Below, in pieces: positions 9,855-18,832 of a DNA stretch of 64,000 bases (within the stretch, counting starts at the first letter, position 1; each line of letters opens with the position of its first letter). The position numbers and the translations under genes are program-made. The stretch covers positions 64,001-128,000 of the forward strand of contig RDOA01000003.1 of assembly GCA_011364925.1 (NCBI GenBank). Reading direction: 5' to 3'. The notes beneath the pieces are model-generated. The model saw only the letters and a list, made by a program, of their open reading frames with translations. It searched no databases and was not told the origin of the DNA. Source of the DNA: Promethearchaeota archaeon. Lineage in GTDB: Archaea > Asgardarchaeota > Lokiarchaeia > Sigyniarchaeales > SOKP01.

Positions 9855-11549
9855 ATGTTTTTTCTTAATCCTGAGATTAAAGGTTTGAATTCAGTTAGGC
9901 AACTTATGGAAGATGGGAAAATGCAGAAAGCCTTCCAAATTGTTTTAGAATTAGAACAAGGAGACGATCTTTCTCCCAAAGAATTACTCTCGTGTAAGCT
10001 CGTAAAGGCTAATCTATTACGTGTAATAGGAAATTATCCAGACGCAATTGAAATTGCTAAGGAAATTTTTCGAGAATTTCAAAAACAAGGTGATTTAGTA
10101 TCATCGTTAGACGCTTTACTTATTCAAGCATATACCTATATGATAACGGTTAATTTAACTCAAAGTGAACATCTTATTCCACAGATAGAAAATTTATTCA
10201 AAGCAATTAAAGAACCATTATCAATAGATCTCAAAGAAAGAGAATCTTTTTTCTTAAGAATAAAAGCTGCTATTCATTCTCTCAAAGGCGAATTTCAACG
10301 ATCCTTAGAACTTAACAAAAAAGCTTATGATCTAGCTAAAGAGACTGGAAACACAGTATTGATTGTTGCGAGTCTTAATAATACTGCTAATGATTATTTC
10401 CATATGAAAGAATATGACATGGCAATAATGTATGGTAAACAAGCTATTAAGAATGATAGTCTAAATTTGGCAGTTGCGTACGCTACCTTAATTGAAACTT
10501 ATGTCAGCAAGGGAGACATTAAAGAAGCGATAATTTATCTCGATCGTTTGCATGAATTTTCAGAGAATTACGATTCTAAATGGAATAGAACTTTATATTC
10601 CCTAAATAAAGCTTTGATATTAAAATCAAGTCTCCGAGCAAGAGATCGTATTAAAGCAGAAGATCTATTTAAAAAAATAGCTTTGGACAGTACTGTAGCT
10701 GGTACAATGCGGATTGATGCGATTATATATTTATGCGATTTATACTTAACTGAACTTCGGATAACTCACGACCCAGAAATAATAAACGAGATTCACCCAT
10801 ATATTCAAGAGTTATTAAGTATTGCTAAAAAACAAGATTCACATTTATATTTAGCCGAAACTCTACTTTTGCAAGCAAAACTTTCACTATTGACTTTAGA
10901 TATAAAAGAAGCTAAACGATTTTTAACTCGAGGCCAAAAAGTAGCAGAATCACATGGTATTAAACAACTAGCAATGAGAATCTCAAACGAACACGATTAT
11001 TTACTCGGTCAAGAAAAACTCTGGAATAATTTCAAGCAATCAAAAGTTCCTTTCTCTGAACGCTTGGAACTCGCTGGTTTGAATCAACAGATGGATTATA
11101 TGACAAAAAGGCAAATATTCACTATTCCACAACAACCAGACGAGGAACCGGTGCTCCTTTTATTGCTTTCAGAGGGGGGAGTACCCTTTTTCTCCCACAC
11201 TTTTGTAGAAGATCGATCCTTCAAATCGCATCTTTTTGGTGGATTTCTAACCACTATTGATTACTTTATTCGAGAAATGTTTTCTGAAGGATTAGATCGA
11301 GCAATCTTTGGAGATTACACACTTGTTATGAAGTCTCTAACACCTTTTTTTGTTTCCTATATATTTAAAGGTAATTCTTATTACGCTCTCCAAAAAACAG
11401 ATTATTTTATTGAATGTATTAAGAAAGATGAGCATATATGGGCAAAACTACTAAAATATCTTCAAGCAAACCAGTCAATTCAATTAAAAGACATCCCTCA
11501 ACTTGATTCTTTGATAATAGAAATCTTTATCCCAGAAAAATCTGTATGA
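9855..11549 (+). CDS. TPR protein with C-terminal longin-like domain, paralog 2
   Basis: TPRs; LKSSLRARDRIKAEDLF; EEPVLLLLLSEGGVPFFS...LFGGFLTTIDYF. Confidence 0.75.
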   Translation: MFFLNPEIKGLNSVRQLMEDGKMQKAFQIVLELEQGDDLSPKELLSCKLVKANLLRVIGNYPDAIEIAKEIFREFQKQGDLVSSLDALLIQAYTYMITVNLTQSEHLIPQIENLFKAIKEPLSIDLKERESFFLRIKAAIHSLKGEFQRSLELNKKAYDLAKETGNTVLIVASLNNTANDYFHMKEYDMAIMYGKQAIKNDSLNLAVAYATLIETYVSKGDIKEAIIYLDRLHEFSENYDSKWNRTLYSLNKALILKSSLRARDRIKAEDLFKKIALDSTVAGTMRIDAIIYLCDLYLTELRITHDPEIINEIHPYIQELLSIAKKQDSHLYLAETLLLQAKLSLLTLDIKEAKRFLTRGQKVAESHGIKQLAMRISNEHDYLLGQEKLWNNFKQSKVPFSERLELAGLNQQMDYMTKRQIFTIPQQPDEEPVLLLLLSEGGVPFFSHTFVEDRSFKSHLFGGFLTTIDYFIREMFSEGLDRAIFGDYTLVMKSLTPFFVSYIFKGNSYYALQKTDYFIECIKKDEHIWAKLLKYLQANQSIQLKDIPQLDSLIIEIFIPEKSV

Positions 11550-11629
11550 TCTCAATTTGATAGAATCTCAAAAAATGTTTTAATAGGGATATGTTCTTTA
11601 AAAAATTGAATATAATCATAAGTTCACAT

Positions 11630-11659
11630 TATATTTAAAACACAAATTAGCTTATATTA
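11630..11659 (+). promoter_or_regulatory. Conserved upstream motif of TPR-longin genes, copy C
   Basis: TATATTTAAAACACAAATTAGCTTATATTA. Confidence 0.55.
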
Positions 11660-11704
11660 GTAATTATAACCAAAAAGTTTTGGTTTAGCGAGATTTTTGA
11701 TTAG

Positions 11705-13387
11705 ATGATTCATTTTGATGATAAAGAACTGATTGAAATCAGTCAAATTATAGAAGAGGGCAAACTGAAGGAAGCTTACCAGGCTATTTTAGAATTGGAG
11801 CAAAAAGATGATCTATCTAATAAAGAAAAAATCTCATGTAAACTCATTAAAGCTAATCTTTTCCGAGTTATGGGACAATATTTGGAATCTATTGAATATG
11901 CTGAAACAGTTTTTCAAGAATCTCAAAAAGGAGGAGATATTCTTTCATCTTTCGATGCTTTAACCATTCAAGCGCATTGCTATACATATATGGTTGACAT
12001 AATTAAAAGTGAAGAACTTTACACTCAAGCACAAGAGATATTTAAAATAATAAAAGAAAGATTTTCCATAGATCTAAGGGAGAGAGAATCTTTCTTGGTA
12101 AGGATAAAAGCTGGAATTAACTTTTTTAAGGGAGATATTAAATCTTATATAAAATTAAATGAGGAGGCTTATGACCTCGCAAAAAATACAAAGAGTGAAA
12201 ACCTAATTGCTTCTAGCCTTAACAACCTTGCTCAAGGTTACTTTCATTTAAAAGAATATGACAAAGCCATACAGTATGCTAAAGAAGCCGTTAAGATTGG
12301 AAAATCTTTTACTTTAGCTTATGCATTAGGAACATTAATTGATATATATCTCGGGATGGGCGATATTAACGAAGCAAAAGCTAATCTTGGAATCTTTCAT
12401 GATCATGCCAAAGAACTTGGTACTGAAAGATACAAAACTCTCTATAATTACTCTAAAGCATCAGTTTTAAAAGCTAGTCTAAGAGCCAGAGACCGTATCA
12501 AATCTGAAGATATCTTCCTGAGTATTGCATTGGATCATGCAAGACCTAGCGAACAAAGGATTGATGCGATTCTTAGTTTATGTGATTTATACATAACTGA
12601 ACTTCGGATAACTAATGACCCCGAAATAATAAACGAGATTCACCCATATATTCAAGAATTGTTAAATATTGCTAAAAAACAACATTCACGTTTATATTTA
12701 GCCGAAACATTACTTTTGCAAGCAAAACTTTCACTACTAACTTTAGATATAAAAGAAACTAAACGATTTTTAAATCAAGGTCAAAAAATAGCAGAATTGT
12801 ACGGTATTAAACAACTGGCAATGAGAATCTCAAATGAACATGATAATTTACTCAGTCAAGAAAAAATTTGGGAGAATTTCAAGCAATCAAAAGTACCCTT
12901 CTCCGAACGTTTGGAACTCGCCGGTTTGAATCAACAGATGGATTATATGACGAGAAGGCGAATATCTGTTATCCCACAACAACCCGGCGAGGAACCAGTG
13001 CTGCTTTTATTGCTTTCAGAGGGAGGAGTCCCTTTTTTCTCATACACATTTGGAGAAGATCGATCCTTTAAATCGCATCTTTTTGGTGGATTTTTAACCA
13101 CTATCGATTACTTTATTCGAGAAATGTTTTCTGAAGGATTAGATCGCGCAATCTTTGGAGATTACACTCTTGTCATGAAGTCTGTGACGCCATTTTTCGT
13201 TTCCTATATATTTAAAGGCAATTCTTATTACGCTCTCCAGAAAGCGGATAATTTTATTGATACTATTAAAAACAACGAGCAACTTTGGAAAAAGCTGCTT
13301 AAATATTTTCAAGCGAACCAAGCAATTCAATTAAATGACATCCCTCAACTTGATTCTCTAATAAATGAGGTCTTTATAACAAAATAA
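11705..13387 (+). CDS. TPR protein with C-terminal longin-like domain, paralog 3 (tandem duplicate of paralog 2)
   Basis: Same architecture; C-terminal half nearly identical to 9855..11549. Confidence 0.75.
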   Translation: MIHFDDKELIEISQIIEEGKLKEAYQAILELEQKDDLSNKEKISCKLIKANLFRVMGQYLESIEYAETVFQESQKGGDILSSFDALTIQAHCYTYMVDIIKSEELYTQAQEIFKIIKERFSIDLRERESFLVRIKAGINFFKGDIKSYIKLNEEAYDLAKNTKSENLIASSLNNLAQGYFHLKEYDKAIQYAKEAVKIGKSFTLAYALGTLIDIYLGMGDINEAKANLGIFHDHAKELGTERYKTLYNYSKASVLKASLRARDRIKSEDIFLSIALDHARPSEQRIDAILSLCDLYITELRITNDPEIINEIHPYIQELLNIAKKQHSRLYLAETLLLQAKLSLLTLDIKETKRFLNQGQKIAELYGIKQLAMRISNEHDNLLSQEKIWENFKQSKVPFSERLELAGLNQQMDYMTRRRISVIPQQPGEEPVLLLLLSEGGVPFFSYTFGEDRSFKSHLFGGFLTTIDYFIREMFSEGLDRAIFGDYTLVMKSVTPFFVSYIFKGNSYYALQKADNFIDTIKNNEQLWKKLLKYFQANQAIQLNDIPQLDSLINEVFITK

Positions 13388-13427
13388 CTTGTTTGATCTC
13401 TATTTAGGTAATTGATTAAAAATAATT

Positions 13428-13509
13428 GAAACTATCGCGAAACTATCGATAGCTCAATTATAAATGAGATTTTACCTCCAGATTTAATTAGTCATCGCAA
13501 AGATGATTA
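13428..13509 (+). promoter_or_regulatory. Conserved cargo-gene promoter element, copy 3
   Basis: GAAACTATCGC/GAAACTATCGA, TTATAAAT at 13458, TAGTCATC-GCAAA-GATGATTA at 13489-13509. Confidence 0.75.
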
Positions 13510-13532
13510 CTTTAAATCTAAACACAAGAGAG

Positions 13533-14255
13533 TTGATAAAAATTAATAGATCAAAAATAGTTAAAAATATAACATTACTTGCGACTATCGGAATTTTACT
13601 TCTGGTGTTTTCCACATCAGTGCAAGGTTGGGGTGGATATAGGAGTCGAATCAATATTAGACCTATAGAGGATTGGAAAGGAGAAGATGTTGTAGGCTGG
13701 GCAGATCCAGAATCTGGGTTAGTTATCCATCCTCAAGCTGTCGAATGGGTCCCCGCTGATCCAGAGAGTCCTAACTTTCCATTTACTCTCTTAGATTGGG
13801 AGCGAAAACCCATATGGGAGTGCGAATATTGGGGAACGATTCTGGAACGAGAATTAGATGATCAAAACACATTAATCTCTATTTATATTTATGTAAAGGA
13901 AGTTCCCTTCATGATCTTCACTCTTACTGGAGCAGATTATATCTATTATCCCCCACTCTATTATGGTGTGATGCAATACTATTTCCAATGCAAGATGCAA
14001 TTCAATACAGAGTCCCTTTATAATATATTTGAAGCTGATGGAAAAATTCCTGCTCTCAATGAAATATTTGGTGCATCCTACGGTTTTTGGCCTTATCCCG
14101 AAGAACCAGTTCCACTTGTGACATACATGCACATTTTAGGAGTGGGTGAAATAACTGAAGGAGGAGATGGAACTGTATATCTCCATCAACTTGGGATTTT
14201 TAACACAGAAATAGGAGATTATGATTATCCGTACGAAACGGTAGTCGTTAAGTAG
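13533..14255 (+). CDS. Exported hypothetical protein; start probably TTG 13533
   Basis: MIKINRSKIV... leader matches MIKINRTKLV of 17116; hydrophobic signal ending SVQG; the 13503 ATG lies inside the hairpin. Confidence 0.7.
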   Translation: MIKINRSKIVKNITLLATIGILLLVFSTSVQGWGGYRSRINIRPIEDWKGEDVVGWADPESGLVIHPQAVEWVPADPESPNFPFTLLDWERKPIWECEYWGTILERELDDQNTLISIYIYVKEVPFMIFTLTGADYIYYPPLYYGVMQYYFQCKMQFNTESLYNIFEADGKIPALNEIFGASYGFWPYPEEPVPLVTYMHILGVGEITEGGDGTVYLHQLGIFNTEIGDYDYPYETVVVK

Positions 14256-14294
14256 AGAGCTTTAGGGCGAGGTTTTATATATTTAAATTACATA

Positions 14295-14364
14295 ATAGAA
14301 CATGGAGGAATTGGATTAGAAATTAAATTTCTACCAATAAACCTCCGTTCTATTTTTTTTTTTT
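14295..14364 (+). terminator. Long imperfect hairpin + T-tract (terminator or small RNA)
   Basis: Nested pairs ATAGAAC/GTTCTAT, GGAGG/CCTCC, TTGG/CCAA, TAGAAAT/ATTTCTA, followed by a long T run. Confidence 0.55.
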
Positions 14365-14457
14365 AATTCCTTAGAAAAGGTAAAATTAATTCAATTGAAT
14401 AAATATCGAATTCAATTAACTAAAGTTTTATATTAGGCTATATCTAATTTTACATTA

Positions 14458-15012
14458 ATGACTAATTCTTCTGAATTTGGCTTTAAAATATCTATAATCG
14501 GTGATGGCGGGGTTGGTAAGACCTCCCTAATCAAAAAGTATACAATGGGAACTTTTGAGAAGGATTATGTTAAGACGATAGGTGCTCAATTCTCTAGATA
14601 TGATCAAGAAATCGATGGAGATCTAATTAATTTAATATTTTGGGATATCGCAGGTCAGGATGATTTTAAATTCCTGCATCCTTTATTTTATAAAGAGAGC
14701 CGAGCTGCTATTATTGTATATAGTCTTGAAGAAAATGATTTAGGTAATGATAGCTACAAGCATATAATCAATTGGTATAACGAATTAAAGAAATATTGTG
14801 GAATTATTCCTGTGGTTATTATTGCCAATAAAATTGATTTAATTAATCAATCTGAGTTGGATGAGTTTGCAATTCAAAATTTAGTCAAAGAAAATAACTT
14901 TCTTGGATATTTTATTACTTCTGCAAAAACAGGCGAGGGAGTAATAGATGCTTTTAACGCAATTATCAAAAACTTATACTATAAGTATAAAGATTTATCT
15001 AGCTCTCAGTAG
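14458..15012 (+). CDS. Rab-like small GTPase (Ras superfamily), paralog 1
   Basis: G1 GDGGVGKT, G2 YVKTIG, G3 WDIAGQ, G4 NKID, G5 TSAK. Confidence 0.95.
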   Translation: MTNSSEFGFKISIIGDGGVGKTSLIKKYTMGTFEKDYVKTIGAQFSRYDQEIDGDLINLIFWDIAGQDDFKFLHPLFYKESRAAIIVYSLEENDLGNDSYKHIINWYNELKKYCGIIPVVIIANKIDLINQSELDEFAIQNLVKENNFLGYFITSAKTGEGVIDAFNAIIKNLYYKYKDLSSSQ

Positions 15013-16927
15013 CGTGATTTAAAGGTATCAAAGATCTATGTTCCTCTATCTCTGCGAGAAAAAGGTCTACAATTGCTAACCATTTATTTTTTGATTCCAA
15101 ATCGCTTATAATTTTGCTTGTTAATTCTTTTCCTCTCTTAAGATTTTGTACAGCTAATTCAAAATTTTCGAGAGCTGTATAACAAATTCCAATTTTGATA
15201 TAAGTCTGATAGATAAACCAATCGTTAGAATCAATTTCTATGGCTTTTTGGAATTCATTTATCGCTTCTTCGTATTCTTTAAAGTTTATTAAAATTTCTC
15301 CGAATGTATCGTGGAAAATTCCATTTTCTGGTTCTTTTTTTACGAGTTCCCGAAGAAGTTCCAATGCTTCTTGTTCTTTATCTAAATAAGATAACCAATA
15401 CGCTTTATAATTATGAAGCAGAGTATTGTTTGGATATTTTTCGATTAAATCTTCAATAATTTTTAAGCCTTCTTCTAAGTTTTTATCTTTTTTAAGAGTA
15501 TAAGCTTTTTTTATCGTAATATCTATCTCTTTTTTAGGAAATATCTCGAACATGTTTTCTAGTACCATTAAAACATCGTTATACTGATTAAAATAGAGTA
15601 AAATTCGTACTTTTGAATTGTATAAATCGTAATTCTTTGGACTTAATTCAATTTCATTTTCTATTTCTTTAATTTTCTCTTTGTATTGAGATTCAAATGT
15701 TTCAGAATTCTGCGATTGCATTATCTCCGTCATGTTCTGCCAAATAATTCCTTCTAGTTTATCGTATGTCTCTACTAATTCTTTTTTTATCTCAATTTTA
15801 TATGCTAGATATTCCATATACTCTGGTAAAAATTCTCTTAATGGTTCCTCGAAATCCTTATGAAATAAAAATTGACATACTTCTTCGAGAATATCGTCAA
15901 TCATCGAATTCATACTTCCTAATTCAGCAAATTTTTCTAAATATTTGTTTGCTGCTATATGTTCTTCCGTAATAGCTCGAAGAATTTTCTCTAATTTTTC
16001 GTCAAAATGGAAATAGTACCGTTTCTTGGGGGAAATATCTAAAATAAAAAACTTTAAGTCGTAGAATTCGCTTTCTACAATCTCATGTACCCAATAATCA
16101 AGCATTCTCTTCTCTATTTTGTAAAATCTCGAAAAATCCTCAAAAGATAAGTAATCAGGATAAAAATCGGGATGATTTATTGAAATAAAGAGCAAAATTT
16201 TGTAAAAATCCTCCTCATCTTTTAAGATTGAGTTAACTTTTAAATAATCTAATTTTAAAACCTTATTGAGAAATCTAAATTTTACACGATCGTCAATAAT
16301 ATTGAACTTATCGAAGAAATGCGACGCTTTTACAGTGATTTCGTCTATTCGCTTTCTTTCTTCTTCTAAAATTGTTTGTCTGTCTAAATTATAATTTTGT
16401 AGAATCCTCGAATATTCTATTTTCCCTAATTGAGTAATGATATATCTTTTGTTTTCTCTGACGATAAATCCCTTTTGAATTAATAAACTTAGAGTTTTTG
16501 ATAAAGAGGACTGATTTATAGAGAAAGGTTTTTCAAGAAAATCAGACCTTTTACAAAACCCATTATTGTACACCATCCAAATAATCCAGTGGGCATAATT
16601 TCGCCCTCTCTTCAAAATGACATCAGGGGGGAAACTTAGTTTTCGTTCCCTGGTTCTTTCTCTTGATAATTCTTGAAATTTTTGTTCCCCTTCTGGAGTT
16701 ATCTGGTATTGTCCTCTAGAAAGTTTCTCTACGAAGCCTTTGAGGATTAATTTTGTTAAATGACGGGAAATTGTAGATATGGGAATTTCAAGCGGTTTTT
16801 GTTCGAAATAGGACCATTCACAACTTTCATTATTCTTTAACATCCAAAGAATAATATGGTCATAGTTTGGCCTTTTCAGTTTAGAGGAATTAAGAATCTC
16901 ATCGGAAGGATAATTTATTTTGCTCAT
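14999..16927 (-). CDS. Tandem winged-helix + TPR protein, paralog 2
   Basis: Full-length paralog of 4126..6039 (RPNYDHIILWML, SINQSSLSK, YQTYIKIGICY); 3' end overlaps the GTPase 3' end by 14 bp. Confidence 0.75.
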   Translation of the reverse strand: MSKINYPSDEILNSSKLKRPNYDHIILWMLKNNESCEWSYFEQKPLEIPISTISRHLTKLILKGFVEKLSRGQYQITPEGEQKFQELSRERTRERKLSFPPDVILKRGRNYAHWIIWMVYNNGFCKRSDFLEKPFSINQSSLSKTLSLLIQKGFIVRENKRYIITQLGKIEYSRILQNYNLDRQTILEEERKRIDEITVKASHFFDKFNIIDDRVKFRFLNKVLKLDYLKVNSILKDEEDFYKILLFISINHPDFYPDYLSFEDFSRFYKIEKRMLDYWVHEIVESEFYDLKFFILDISPKKRYYFHFDEKLEKILRAITEEHIAANKYLEKFAELGSMNSMIDDILEEVCQFLFHKDFEEPLREFLPEYMEYLAYKIEIKKELVETYDKLEGIIWQNMTEIMQSQNSETFESQYKEKIKEIENEIELSPKNYDLYNSKVRILLYFNQYNDVLMVLENMFEIFPKKEIDITIKKAYTLKKDKNLEEGLKIIEDLIEKYPNNTLLHNYKAYWLSYLDKEQEALELLRELVKKEPENGIFHDTFGEILINFKEYEEAINEFQKAIEIDSNDWFIYQTYIKIGICYTALENFELAVQNLKRGKELTSKIISDLESKNKWLAIVDLFLAEIEEHRSLIPLNHATES

Positions 16928-17006
16928 GATAGTTGAAAACTTAGTCTTATGATTAATTATGAATATTTATATTTATATCTATTTTTCGAAACTTCCACTT
17001 TTTTTC

Positions 17007-17086
17007 GGAATTTCCGTGGAATTATCGGAAGCTTAATTATATATGCAAATTTATCTCAAGATTTAATTAATCATCGTAAAGATGAT
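17007..17086 (+). promoter_or_regulatory. Conserved cargo-gene promoter element, copy 4 (diverged direct repeats)
   Basis: GGAATTTCCGT/GGAATTATCGG, TTATATAT at 17037, ATCATC-GTAAA-GATGAT at 17070-17086. Confidence 0.7.
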
Positions 17087-17115
17087 AAAATCTAATATAA
17101 CTGAAAAAAAAAGAG

Positions 17116-17664
17116 TTGATTAAAATTAATAGAACAAAATTAGTACCAAAATTAATACTAGTACTCTTAGTATTTACCACTATAACTGGCTTTGCATTTA
17201 CTTTTGTTGTAGCTAAAGGAGATCAAAGGGCAAGTAGATTATCTTTTACAGCTACAGAAACTATGATATGGCCAGATGGTTGGGTTCCTATAGGTGATCC
17301 ATGGGGTGATGGTAAGTTCATACATCAGATGTACTATAAAAAAGCAATTCTTGATGGCACAATTGAGGAAATAGGGGACTTTTCAGGGTATGATGAATTA
17401 TATTTGCATGTTAAAATGGACCCAAATACCTTTGAGGTTATAAGCATTGGTAAAGTAACGATGTATATCTTTTGCGATAACGGACTAGAAGGAACTTTTT
17501 ATGGATCTGTTATTGCGAAGGGTACAGCTGGCTTTGGTCCTTTCGACGGTAAATATACGTTGCAAGGAGCTGGAGGATTTGAAGGAATGAAGCTTTTTGG
17601 TATAGTCTGGCTTGAAAGTGGTCTAGTAAACGGACTTTCTGGTACAATCTTAATCCCAAATTAA
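17116..17664 (+). CDS. Exported all-beta protein (possibly allene-oxide-cyclase/dirigent-like barrel)
   Basis: Signal peptide ending VVA; beta-rich with GKYTLQGAGGFEGM motif; fold call tentative. Confidence 0.6.
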   Translation: MIKINRTKLVPKLILVLLVFTTITGFAFTFVVAKGDQRASRLSFTATETMIWPDGWVPIGDPWGDGKFIHQMYYKKAILDGTIEEIGDFSGYDELYLHVKMDPNTFEVISIGKVTMYIFCDNGLEGTFYGSVIAKGTAGFGPFDGKYTLQGAGGFEGMKLFGIVWLESGLVNGLSGTILIPN

Positions 17665-17688
17665 AATCAAGAATAAAGGTGAATTCAA

Positions 17689-18777
17689 ATGCAAAAATCA
17701 ATGCAAAGAAAACTATTGTTGATGTTTCTCCTTGGTTCAATATTTTTCGTAATTCCTATTGCGAGCTCTAATGGAACTACATTCACTCCAAAGAAGGTTG
17801 CAGAACAATCTCTGTCCGGTGCTACAACTCACGTTTATTTGGATGGAGATTACGCATTCATGGGAGTTGGAACATCCGGTCTGGCCATCGTTGATATTTC
17901 CCACCCGAAAAATCCAGGAACCCCGGTCTATAGAGACACCTCCGGCAGGGCGTATAACCTTTGGGTAGAGGGAGGCTACGCCTATGTGGCAGATTTTGAT
18001 AAGGGTTTAGCTGTCATTGATGTTTCCGACCCAACAAACCCAGGACCTGCTACGCACGTACTAACAACCCAAGCTTGTGGTGATGTATGTGTTAGTGGAA
18101 ATTACGCTTATGTGGACGGTGGTGGCTTAGCGGTTATCGACATTTCTGACCCAGTGCATCCGAACCTGGTCGTAACCAAACCTTTAACTGGAATTCCGTA
18201 TGGTCTTTGCGTGAGTGGAGAATACGCATACATAGCAACTGCTGATACTGGTTTGGCGATCGTCAATATTTCCGATCCGACCAATCCAGGAACTCCCATT
18301 TACGAAGATACGACCGGAACTGCGTGGGATGTGTGTGTAAGTGGCGGTTACGCCTATGTAACAACCGGTAGTACCGGTTTAGCGATTATCGATGTTTCCG
18401 ACCCGACAAATCCGGGAACGCCTGTTTATAGAGACACGACAGGAACTGCATATTTTATTTTTCTAAACGGAAGTTACGCCTATATAGCGGCTGATACTGG
18501 AGGCGTGGCGATCATTGATGTATCCGACCCGACAAATCCGGGAACGCCGACCTATATAGATGTGGAAGGTCAAGCAATTGATGTGTATGTCAGGGGAGAC
18601 TATGCTTATGTGGCGGATGAACATTACGGCTTGAAAGTCTACGATCTTTTCTATACTACTCCAGAACCTGGTATTCCATTCGATAATTTCTACTTATTAT
18701 TTATTGGGTTTAGCGTACTATGCTTAGTATTCATCGTTTCAAAAAAACGCAAAATTACTAGTGAATCTCAAAAATAA
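17689..18777 (+). CDS. LVIVD-repeat beta-propeller surface protein with Loki-CTERM-like anchor
   Basis: Signal peptide; ~6 repeats of YAYVA..GLAIIDVSDPTNPG; C-terminal PGIPF-TM-KKRK. Confidence 0.85.
   Translation: MQKSMQRKLLLMFLLGSIFFVIPIASSNGTTFTPKKVAEQSLSGATTHVYLDGDYAFMGVGTSGLAIVDISHPKNPGTPVYRDTSGRAYNLWVEGGYAYVADFDKGLAVIDVSDPTNPGPATHVLTTQACGDVCVSGNYAYVDGGGLAVIDISDPVHPNLVVTKPLTGIPYGLCVSGEYAYIATADTGLAIVNISDPTNPGTPIYEDTTGTAWDVCVSGGYAYVTTGSTGLAIIDVSDPTNPGTPVYRDTTGTAYFIFLNGSYAYIAADTGGVAIIDVSDPTNPGTPTYIDVEGQAIDVYVRGDYAYVADEHYGLKVYDLFYTTPEPGIPFDNFYLLFIGFSVLCLVFIVSKKRKITSESQK
17870..18640 (+). repeat. Intragenic ~126-bp (42-aa) tandem repeats
   Basis: gatgt(t/a)tccgacccgacaaatccgggaacgcc at 18391 and 18517 (126 bp apart), with weaker copies upstream. 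Confidence 0.7.
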
Positions 18778-18799
18778 ATCAAAAATCTAATAATTAATG

Positions 18800-18832
18800 T
18801 TAACACCTAATTGGTGTTAAACAAATTTTTTT
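18800..18832 (+). terminator. Hairpin + T-tract terminator after the LVIVD gene
   Basis: TTAACACC-TAATT-GGTGTTAA perfect 8-bp stem followed by T7. Confidence 0.6.

Noticed and set aside
9855-13387. Diversity-generating retroelement (TR/VR) explanation for the near-identical segments
   Set aside because: Both copies are coding, differences are mostly synonymous and not adenine-specific, and no reverse transcriptase is present in the window.
6129-17086. The repeated 80-bp element as a CRISPR repeat, IS end/MITE or integron attC site
   Set aside because: Copies are kilobases apart, contain a TATA box at fixed spacing and always lie upstream of a gene; no cas, transposase or integrase is visible. 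A promoter explains it better.
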